DNA of 64,000 bases from Syntrophaceae bacterium UBA2280 (GTDB lineage Bacteria > Desulfobacterota > Syntrophia > Syntrophales > Smithellaceae), in contig DDWS01000013.1 in the NCBI GenBank assembly GCA_002347685.1, positions 146,472 through 210,471 on the forward strand. Direction: 5' to 3'. The notes below the pieces were generated by a model. It was not told the origin of the DNA. It searched no databases and saw only the letters and a list, made by a program, of their open reading frames with translations. Below are positions 56,505 to 64,000 of the stretch, in pieces (position 1 is the first letter of the stretch; each line of letters starts with the position of its first letter). The position numbers and the translations under genes are program-made.

Positions 56505-56549
56505 AATCTATCGGGAGCGCCGTGACCCGCTCCCGATAGATTTCGTTTG
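56505..56549 (+). terminator. Terminator hairpin after glnN
   Basis: Perfect 15-bp stem aatctatcgggagcg / cgctcccgatagatt with an 8-nt loop, followed by TCGTTT. Confidence 0.6.
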
Positions 56550-56697
56550 ACGGAATTTGAAAAAAACGATAGAAGCGCCTGCCTTTGGCAGGCGTAAGAT
56601 AGACGATGTTGAAGACGCATGCCCCGAAGGTAAACGCGTATCGATTGGTTCCGGTCACACATCCCTGAAATTGCAGTATTGGAGACAAAAATAAAAA

Positions 56698-57840
56698 ATG
56701 CCCCTGTTAAGAAAAGATCGCAAAGCCATTCTGGTTCTGGAAGACGGCAGTCTTTTCGAGGGTTTTGCATTTGCCGGGAACGGTGAAACTCTCGGGGAGG
56801 TTGTCTTCAACACAGGCATGACCGGGTACCAGGAAGTCATCACCGATCCGTCCTATAAGGGGCAGATCGTCACCATGACCTATCCGCTCATCGGCAATAC
56901 CGGGATCAATGACGAGGACATGGAATCGGCCGGCATCCATCTGGAAGGCTTCATCGTCAAGGAATATCAGCACAATCCCAGCAATTGGCGCATGCGGCAG
57001 ACCCTCCAGTCCTTTCTCGAAGATTCCGGAAAAATCGGTCTGGAAGGCATCGATACGCGCGCACTGACACGAAGACTTCGTCTTTCCGGGTCGATGAAAG
57101 GAATCATTTCGACCCAAACAACCAACATCACTGAATTGCTCGAAAAGGTCAGGGCTTACCCCGGACTTGTCGGACGCGATCTGGTGCGTGAAGTATCCTG
57201 CCGAAAACCCTATCTGTGGAGAAGGGGCGCGCCGTCAAAAAGCAAAATCCCCGATAAAAAACCCACAAAAAAACTTCGCGTCGTTGTGCTCGATTGCGGC
57301 GTGAAATACAACATTTTAAGACTGCTGGAAAATAACGGCTGCGAAGTCGTCGTGGTTCCGGCTTTTGCCACCGGAGCGCAGATTCTGTCTTATCAGCCCG
57401 ACGGCGTGCTGCTTTCCAACGGACCGGGCGATCCTGCGGCGCTGCCTTATATTGTCCAAGCCGCCCGCGAGGTGATCGGCATCCAGCCGGTATTCGGCAT
57501 CTGCCTGGGACATCAGATCATCGGCCAGGCCATCGGCGGCTACACGGAAAAATTGAAGTTCGGCCATCACGGCATCAATCAGCCTGTGAAAAACCTCGAA
57601 ACCGGTCGGGTTGAGATCACGTCTCAAAATCACGGCTTTGTGGTGGTGCCGGAATCGGTCGAAAGCAAAGCCGAAAAATCCTACCTGAATTTAAACGACG
57701 CGACTTCCGAAGGCATGAAACTGCCTCTGACCATGAGCGTTCAGTATCATCCTGAAGGGGCGCCGGGGCCGAAAGACACGGAATATCTGTTTTCACAGTT
57801 TGTTGGCGCGATGCAAAACGAAAAGAGGAAAACCAAGTGA
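56698..57840 (+). CDS. carA: Carbamoyl-phosphate synthase small (glutaminase) subunit
   Basis: 380 aa. Motifs are [18 protein letters not shown] and GICLGHQ. Confidence 0.95.
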   Translation: MPLLRKDRKAILVLEDGSLFEGFAFAGNGETLGEVVFNTGMTGYQEVITDPSYKGQIVTMTYPLIGNTGINDEDMESAGIHLEGFIVKEYQHNPSNWRMRQTLQSFLEDSGKIGLEGIDTRALTRRLRLSGSMKGIISTQTTNITELLEKVRAYPGLVGRDLVREVSCRKPYLWRRGAPSKSKIPDKKPTKKLRVVVLDCGVKYNILRLLENNGCEVVVVPAFATGAQILSYQPDGVLLSNGPGDPAALPYIVQAAREVIGIQPVFGICLGHQIIGQAIGGYTEKLKFGHHGINQPVKNLETGRVEITSQNHGFVVVPESVESKAEKSYLNLNDATSEGMKLPLTMSVQYHPEGAPGPKDTEYLFSQFVGAMQNEKRKTK

Positions 57841-59366
57841 TCCTGATTATTGATTTCGGCTCTCAGTATAACCAGCTCATTGCCCGGCGTGTGCGCGAAC
57901 ATCATGTGTATTGCCAGATCGAACCCCCCGACATCCCGCTGGAAGCGATTAAGGCGCTCGCGCCGGAAGGGATCATTTTATCCGGCGGCCCCGCGAGTAT
58001 CTACGCCAAAGGCTCGCCGCGCGTGGACAAAGGGATCTTTGAGTTGGGCATCCCGGTTCTGGGCATCTGCTACGGACTGCAATTTATGGTGGATTCGCTG
58101 GGCGGCCAGGTTCTCGGCTCGACCAAGCGCGAATACGGATTTGCCGAACTTTCCATCAGGAAACAGGCAGGCATGTTTTCCGGCGTGGAGAAACAGACGC
58201 AATGCTGGATGAGCCACGGCGATTCCATCGGGGAGCTGCCGGACGGTTTCGTCATCACCGCATCGACCGCGAATACAAAAGTTGCGGCAACAGAAAATGT
58301 GAAAAGGCTTTTTTACGGCCTGCAGTTCCACCCCGAAGTCGCCCATACACAGGCCGGGAAAAAAATGCTGGCCAACTTCCTGTTTGACGTCTGCCGATGC
58401 AAAAAATCCTGGTCGATGAAATCTTTTGTGAAATACGCAGTCGAGGAGATCCGGCAGCAGGTCGGACCGGAAAAAGTCATCCTGGGACTTTCCGGCGGCG
58501 TTGATTCCTCGGTGGCGGCGGTGCTGCTGCATAAAGCCATCGGCCGGCAGCTGACCTGCGTGTTTGTGGACAACGGCGTGCTGAGGGCGGGTGAAGCGAA
58601 ACGTGTCATCGACATGTTCAAAAAGCACCTCAACATCAATTTGCGTTTTGCCCGATCCGGAAAACTGTTTCTCGATAAATTAAAAGGCGTGACCGACCCC
58701 GAAAAGAAACGCAAAATCATCGGCCGCATCTTTATTGAAGTGTTTGACGCCCAGGCGCGTAAAATCAAGGACGTAAAATTTCTGGCACAGGGAACGCTGT
58801 ATCCCGATCTGATCGAGTCGCGGTCGGCTTTTGGCGGGCCGAGCGCGGTGATCAAATCACACCACAATGTCGGCGGGCTCCCCAAAACCATGAAACTTCA
58901 ACTCGTCGAACCGCTCAAGCACCTGTTTAAGGATGAAGTGCGACTTTTGGGAAAAGAGCTGGGCCTGGCCGACGATGTGGTATGGCGTCAGCCTTTCCCC
59001 GGACCGGGTCTGGCGATTCGTATCATCGGCGATGTGACCAGCCAAAGGCTGGCCGTTCTTCGCAAAGCCGACACGATCCTGCTTGAGGAAATCCGGGCCG
59101 CAAATCTTTACTACAAGCTGTGGCAATCGTTTACCGTGTTGCTGCCGCTCAAAAGCGTCGGCATCATGGGCGATCAGCGTACCTATGAAAACATCGTGGC
59201 GATCCGCGCGGTCACCAGCGACGACGCCATGACGGCGGACTGGGCGAGACTGCCGCAGGATGTTCTGGCACGCATTTCCACGCGGATCATTAACGAAGTG
59301 CGCGGCATCAACCGCGTTGTGTACGACATCAGCTCCAAGCCGCCCAGCACGATTGAATGGGAGTAG
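57837..59366 (+). CDS. guaA: GMP synthase (glutamine-hydrolysing)
   Basis: 509 aa. Motifs are [30 protein letters not shown] and the C-terminal KPPSTIEWE. The GTG start overlaps the carA stop (GTGA). Confidence 0.95.
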   Translation: MILIIDFGSQYNQLIARRVREHHVYCQIEPPDIPLEAIKALAPEGIILSGGPASIYAKGSPRVDKGIFELGIPVLGICYGLQFMVDSLGGQVLGSTKREYGFAELSIRKQAGMFSGVEKQTQCWMSHGDSIGELPDGFVITASTANTKVAATENVKRLFYGLQFHPEVAHTQAGKKMLANFLFDVCRCKKSWSMKSFVKYAVEEIRQQVGPEKVILGLSGGVDSSVAAVLLHKAIGRQLTCVFVDNGVLRAGEAKRVIDMFKKHLNINLRFARSGKLFLDKLKGVTDPEKKRKIIGRIFIEVFDAQARKIKDVKFLAQGTLYPDLIESRSAFGGPSAVIKSHHNVGGLPKTMKLQLVEPLKHLFKDEVRLLGKELGLADDVVWRQPFPGPGLAIRIIGDVTSQRLAVLRKADTILLEEIRAANLYYKLWQSFTVLLPLKSVGIMGDQRTYENIVAIRAVTSDDAMTADWARLPQDVLARISTRIINEVRGINRVVYDISSKPPSTIEWE

Positions 59367-59375
59367 GTGGAAGAA

Positions 59376-62300
59376 GTGCCGAAACGAACCGACATCAAAA
59401 AAATACTGCTCATCGGGTCCGGGCCGATTATCATCAGCCAGGCTTGTGAGTTCGACTATTCCGGTACGCAGGCCTGTAAGGCGCTGCGCGAGGAAGGCTA
59501 TGAAGTTGTCCTGATTAACTCGAATCCCGCAACCATCATGACGGATCCGGAAACGGCCGACCGCACATATATCGAACCGATCACCCCCGAGGCGGTGGAG
59601 AAAGTCATCGCCCGCGAACGTCCCTGCGCGCTTTTGCCGACGCTAGGCGGCCAGACCGGCCTCAATACCGCTGTTGCGCTGGCTCAGTCCGGCGTTTTGG
59701 AAAAATACGGAGTGGAAATGATCGGTGCGTCGCTTCCGGTGATCCACAAGGCCGAAGACCGTGAAAAGTTCCGTCACGCGATGGATCGGATCGGGCTGCG
59801 GATGCCCAAGAGCGGCTTTGCACGCAATATGGATGAGGTCCTGACGATCGCAGGCGAGATCGGCTTTCCCATTATTGTCCGCGCTTCTTTTACGCTGGGC
59901 GGCACGGGCAGTGGTGTGGCCTACAACCGTGAAGAGCTCCTTGAAATTGCGAAAACCGGGCTCGACGCCAGCATGATTACCGAGATCATGATCGAAGAAT
60001 CGGTTCTGGGATGGAAGGAATACGAACTCGAAGTGATGCGCGACCGCGCCGACAACGTCGTCATCATCTGCTCGATTGAAAATTTCGACGCAATGGGCGT
60101 GCATACCGGCGAATCGATCACCGTCGCGCCGGCTCAGACGCTCACGGATCGCGAGTACCAGGTCATGCGGGACGCCGCCATCGCCATCATGCGCGAAATC
60201 GGCGTCGAAACAGGCGGCTCCAATGTCCAGTTTGCCATACATCCCAAGACCGGTGAAATGATCGTCGTGGAAATGAATCCGCGCGTGTCGCGTTCATCGG
60301 CGCTGGCCTCGAAGGCCACAGGTTTTCCGATCGCCAAAATCGCGGCCAAGCTTGCCGTGGGCTACACCCTCGACGAGATTCCCAACGACATCACGCGCGA
60401 AACCATGGCATCGTTTGAACCGACCATCGACTACTGCGTGGTGAAAATTCCGCGCTGGACGTTTGAAAAATTTCCGGAAACGGAAGACTTTCTCACGACA
60501 TCGATGAAGTCAGTCGGCGAAACGATGGCCATCGGCCGCACATTTAAGGAAGCCCTTCATAAGGCGATCCGCTCTCTGGAAATCGGGCGTTTCGGTTTCG
60601 GTCAGGAGCTGCCTTTAGATGTGCAGGAAAGAAAAACTCTGCTGAAAAGCAAACTGCTCAAGCCCAACTCGCTGAGGCTGTATTATATCGGCGCGGCGAT
60701 ACTAGACGGCATGACGGTGGATGAGGTCTACGACATCACCGGCGTTGATCCGTGGTTCCTCCACCAGATCAAAGACATCCTGGACGCTCAAGAAGAGCTG
60801 ATCCGTTCAGAGCCCTCGACGGAGCTTCTGCACGCTGCCAAGCGGATGGGTTTTTCGGACCGGACGCTCGCGACGCTGTGGAAGAGTACAGAGCAGGATA
60901 TTCGCGATTGGCGCATGCGGGAAAACATTGTGCCGGTTTACAAACTCGTGGATACCTGCGCGGCGGAGTTCGAAGCTTACACACCTTACTACTATTCCAC
61001 CTACGAAACCCAGAACGAGTCAAGGCCTTCCACCGGAAGGAAGGTCGCGATCATCGGCGGCGGCCCCAACCGCATCGGACAGGGCATTGAATTTGATTAC
61101 TGCTGTGTTCATGCTTCTTTTGCCCTGCGCGAGGAAGGCGTTGAGAGCATCATGATCAACTCCAACCCCGAAACCGTCAGCACCGACTACGACACATCGG
61201 ATAAGCTGTTCTTTGAGCCGGTGACGCTCGAAGACGTTTTGCACATCATCCATACGGAAAAACCAGACGGCGTGATCGTGCAGTTCGGAGGCCAGACACC
61301 GCTGAATCTGGCGCGCGGCTTGGAGGCGGCAGGCGTCCCGATCATCGGAACGTCGCCTGCCGCCATCGACCGCGCGGAAAACCGCGACCGCTTCCAGGAA
61401 ATCGTTCACAAGCTCAAGCTCAATCAACCGGACAACGATACGGCCATGGACGCGGACGAAGCGCTGGTTGCCGCCAAACGGATCGGTTATCCCGTTTTGG
61501 TGCGACCATCGTATGTATTGGGCGGAAGATCGATGGAGATTATCTATGATCCGGAAACGCTGAGGGCGTTTATGGCCAAGGCGCTTCTGGTATCCCCCGG
61601 TCATCCGATTCTGATCGACAAGTTTCTGGAAGATGCGGTGGAAGTCGATGTGGACGCGATTTCCGATGGCACGATCACCGTTGTGGCCGGAATCATGGAA
61701 CACATCGAAGAGGCGGGCATTCATTCGGGGGATTCCGCATGCACCCTGCCACCGATCTCCATTTCCCCCTCTTTGCTCGACCAGATCGAAAGGCAAACGA
61801 AGATGCTCGCCGCAGAGCTGGGCGTGATCGGCCTGATGAATATCCAGTTTGCGATTAAAAACAACGTGCTCTACGTTTTGGAAGTGAATCCCCGCGCGTC
61901 GCGCACGGTACCTTTTGTGAGCAAGGCCATCGGCGTGCCGCTGGCAAAGCTTGCCACCAAAGTCATGCTGGGCAAAACCTTAGCCGAGCTTGGTTTTACG
62001 CAGACGATCCGGCCCGTGCACGTATCGGTGAAAGAAGCGGTCTTTCCGTTCAACCGCTTCCCCGAAGCCGATATTTTATTGGGCCCGGAAATGAAGTCCA
62101 CCGGCGAGGTCATGGGCATTGATCATTCGTTCGGTCTGGCGTTTGCCAAGTCACAAATGGCGGCGGGCTTTAAAATGCCCAAATCCGGCTCCATCTTTAT
62201 CAGTGTTCACGATCATCATAAGGACAGTATCATTGGAGTTGCCCGAACCTTTGCCGGCCTGGGCTTTAAAATACTGGCGACCGGCCAAACGGCCAGGCAC

Positions 62301-62582
62301 CTGAAAGCATCCGGCATCAAATCGGACGTCGTTGCCAAAGTCAGCGAAGGCCGTCCGCACATTGTGGATCACATCAAAAACGGCGATATCGCGATGGTCA
62401 TCAATACCAGTGTCGGACGCAAGTCATCGCGTGACGCATATCATATCCGGCGGGGCGCTCTGACATACAACATTCTTTACACAACCACGCTTGCGGGCGC
62501 GCGGGCCCTGGCCGAAGCGGTCAGCGCCATGCAGAAGGAAAACTGGCAGGTGTGTCCGTTGCAGGAGTACCATCAAAAATGA
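59376..62582 (+). CDS. carB: Carbamoyl-phosphate synthase large subunit
   Basis: The canonical N-terminus is (M)[30 protein letters not shown] prefer the GTG start at 59376 for its spacing from GGGAG. The ORF track starts at 59367. Confidence 0.95.
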   Translation: MPKRTDIKKILLIGSGPIIISQACEFDYSGTQACKALREEGYEVVLINSNPATIMTDPETADRTYIEPITPEAVEKVIARERPCALLPTLGGQTGLNTAVALAQSGVLEKYGVEMIGASLPVIHKAEDREKFRHAMDRIGLRMPKSGFARNMDEVLTIAGEIGFPIIVRASFTLGGTGSGVAYNREELLEIAKTGLDASMITEIMIEESVLGWKEYELEVMRDRADNVVIICSIENFDAMGVHTGESITVAPAQTLTDREYQVMRDAAIAIMREIGVETGGSNVQFAIHPKTGEMIVVEMNPRVSRSSALASKATGFPIAKIAAKLAVGYTLDEIPNDITRETMASFEPTIDYCVVKIPRWTFEKFPETEDFLTTSMKSVGETMAIGRTFKEALHKAIRSLEIGRFGFGQELPLDVQERKTLLKSKLLKPNSLRLYYIGAAILDGMTVDEVYDITGVDPWFLHQIKDILDAQEELIRSEPSTELLHAAKRMGFSDRTLATLWKSTEQDIRDWRMRENIVPVYKLVDTCAAEFEAYTPYYYSTYETQNESRPSTGRKVAIIGGGPNRIGQGIEFDYCCVHASFALREEGVESIMINSNPETVSTDYDTSDKLFFEPVTLEDVLHIIHTEKPDGVIVQFGGQTPLNLARGLEAAGVPIIGTSPAAIDRAENRDRFQEIVHKLKLNQPDNDTAMDADEALVAAKRIGYPVLVRPSYVLGGRSMEIIYDPETLRAFMAKALLVSPGHPILIDKFLEDAVEVDVDAISDGTITVVAGIMEHIEEAGIHSGDSACTLPPISISPSLLDQIERQTKMLAAELGVIGLMNIQFAIKNNVLYVLEVNPRASRTVPFVSKAIGVPLAKLATKVMLGKTLAELGFTQTIRPVHVSVKEAVFPFNRFPEADILLGPEMKSTGEVMGIDHSFGLAFAKSQMAAGFKMPKSGSIFISVHDHHKDSIIGVARTFAGLGFKILATGQTARHLKASGIKSDVVAKVSEGRPHIVDHIKNGDIAMVINTSVGRKSSRDAYHIRRGALTYNILYTTTLAGARALAEAVSAMQKENWQVCPLQEYHQK

Positions 62583-64000
62583 AATTACGCCAAGAAATCC
62601 CCGATGATTCCGGCCGCCCCCGCGAGGAGTGCGGCGTATTTGCCGTTTACGGTCATGAAGACGCTGCGCGCGTCGCTTTTTTCGGCCTTTTCGCCCTCCA
62701 GCACCGCGGGCAGGAATCGGCGGGCATCGTCAGCTCCGACGGCTGCCAGGTCAGAGAGCACAAGGGCATGGGCCTGGCCTCTGCCGTGTTCGAGGAAGCG
62801 ACGCTCCTGAAGCTTGCCGGTTCGCTGGCTATCGGCCATGTCCGCTACTCCACAACCGGATCCTCCACGCTGTCTAACGCTCAGCCGTTTTTAGCCCATG
62901 TCGGCGAGGAGTATTACGCGCTGGGACACAACGGCAACATCGTCAACGCGCAAAAACTGCGCGCGGAACTGGAAGACAGCGGATCTATTTTCCAATCGAC
63001 CATGGACAGCGAGGTCATCATCCATTTGATGGCGCCGCATCTGAAAAAAGGGCTGGAAGAAGCCCTGACGATCGCTCTGGCACGGGTGGAAGGAGCCTAC
63101 AGCCTAGTGATGCTGACCCGCGACAGAATCATCGCCGCCCGCGATCCGCGCGGATTCAGGCCGCTGGCCCTGGGACAACTCAACGGCGGATGGGTGGTCG
63201 CCTCCGAAACCTGCGCGTTTGACCTGGTCGGCGCCCGGTACGTCCGGGACGTTGAACCCGGCGAGATCCTCATCATCGACGCCAACGGGTGTCAAAGTCT
63301 CAAGCCGTTCGCTTTGGTGAAACACTGCCACTGCATTTTCGAGCTGATTTATTTCGCGCGTCCCGACAGCCAGATCTTCGGCCAGAATGTCTACCTGTGC
63401 CGCAAGCGCCTGGGCCATCAACTGGCCCGTGAATATTGTCCGGATGTCGACTTGGTGATGCCCTTTCCGGATTCCGGAAATTATGCGGCAATTGGGTATG
63501 CAGAACAAAGCGGTCTTCCTTTCGAAATGGGCATGATTCGCAACCACTATGTCGGGAGGACGTTTATTCAACCCACCCAACCGATGCGCGATTTTGCCGT
63601 ACGCGTCAAGCTCAACCCGGTCAAGCCTCTTTTGGAAGGCAAGAAAGTCATGATCGTCGAAGATTCCATCATACGAGGCACAACCAGCCGCAACCGCGTG
63701 AAGCATCTGCAGGGGATCGGTATCAAGGAGCTTCACATGGTCATCAGCTGTCCGCCCACCCTGTTTCCCTGTCCCTACGGCATCGACTTTTCCTCCAAAG
63801 GAGAGCTCATCGCCGCCAAAAAGGAAAACGAAAAAGCCATTGCCGCATTTATCGGCCTGGATTCGCTCCATTACCTGACCGTAGACGGCATGGTCCAGGC
63901 CACCGGCATGCCCAGAGAGTGCTTTTGCCTGGCCTGCTACACCGGCGATTACCCCATCGCCCCGCCCGAGAAGATCGACAAATTCTGCATGGAAATGAAA
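62579..64000 (+). CDS. purF: Amidophosphoribosyltransferase (3' end runs off the window)
   Basis: This gene is not in the ORF track because it is open at the window edge. The ATG at 62579 overlaps the carB stop (ATGA). The translation reads [50 protein letters not shown]... and ends ...[18 protein letters not shown]. Confidence 0.9.
   Translation, partial: MKLRQEIPDDSGRPREECGVFAVYGHEDAARVAFFGLFALQHRGQESAGIVSSDGCQVREHKGMGLASAVFEEATLLKLAGSLAIGHVRYSTTGSSTLSNAQPFLAHVGEEYYALGHNGNIVNAQKLRAELEDSGSIFQSTMDSEVIIHLMAPHLKKGLEEALTIALARVEGAYSLVMLTRDRIIAARDPRGFRPLALGQLNGGWVVASETCAFDLVGARYVRDVEPGEILIIDANGCQSLKPFALVKHCHCIFELIYFARPDSQIFGQNVYLCRKRLGHQLAREYCPDVDLVMPFPDSGNYAAIGYAEQSGLPFEMGMIRNHYVGRTFIQPTQPMRDFAVRVKLNPVKPLLEGKKVMIVEDSIIRGTTSRNRVKHLQGIGIKELHMVISCPPTLFPCPYGIDFSSKGELIAAKKENEKAIAAFIGLDSLHYLTVDGMVQATGMPRECFCLACYTGDYPIAPPEKIDKFCMEMK

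Noticed and set aside
56550-56697. A possible glutamine riboswitch or pyrimidine attenuator in the glnN-carA spacer, which includes the hairpin cgcctgcc-tttg-ggcaggcg at about 56575-56594.
   Set aside because: I could not match the glnA-RNA or PyrR-binding consensus by eye. Only a generic short hairpin is visible. A covariance-model scan would be needed.

Overview
The window looks like a 64-kb chromosomal segment from a Desulfobacterota-like (deltaproteobacterial) anaerobe. That taxon call is an inference from gene content, not a search result. Reading left to right:

- **1-7.1 kb, minus strand:** a fatty-acid/acetate module with enoyl-CoA hydratase, a membrane HdrD/DsrK-like Fe-S oxidoreductase, EtfAB and acetyl-CoA synthetase.
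- **7.1-9.1 kb:** a gene-poor stretch holding an RRM RNA-binding protein gene and structured repeats.
- **9-15.7 kb:** assorted housekeeping and accessory genes.
- **16.2-27.9 kb:** a roughly 11.7-kb, 10-gene same-strand CDP-sugar biosynthesis and glycosyltransferase operon behind a perfect sigma-54 promoter.
- **28-33.9 kb:** the adjoining flagellin locus. It holds a Caulobacter-type flagellin, FlbT, two FlaF paralogs, sigma-28 promoters and TPR proteins. An AbiEii-like nucleotidyltransferase gene pair sits between the two flaF copies.
- **34-37.2 kb:** trxB, lgt and a CoADR/Nox-family oxidoreductase. The ORF track splits this last gene at an in-frame TGA that sits exactly at the redox-Cys position and is followed by a hairpin, so it is a probable selenoprotein.
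- **37-47 kb:** terC, trmH-like, cutA, tkt and pgi, then miscellaneous genes.
- **47.4-64 kb:** a same-strand glutamine hub. It runs from a GAF/sigma-54 activator and a sigma-54 promoter through a split archaeal-type glutamate synthase (three genes) and glutamine synthetase type III to carA-guaA-carB-purF, which have overlapping stop and start codons.

Two repeat families recur. One is a heptanucleotide tandem repeat (TAGCCTA/TAGGCTG type) sitting on or next to stop codons at six gene ends. The other is a nested-palindrome REP/MITE-like element present in two copies. I recognised no rRNA, tRNA, CRISPR array, transposase or integrase.

All product calls rest on motif and family recognition from the translations, not on database searches.
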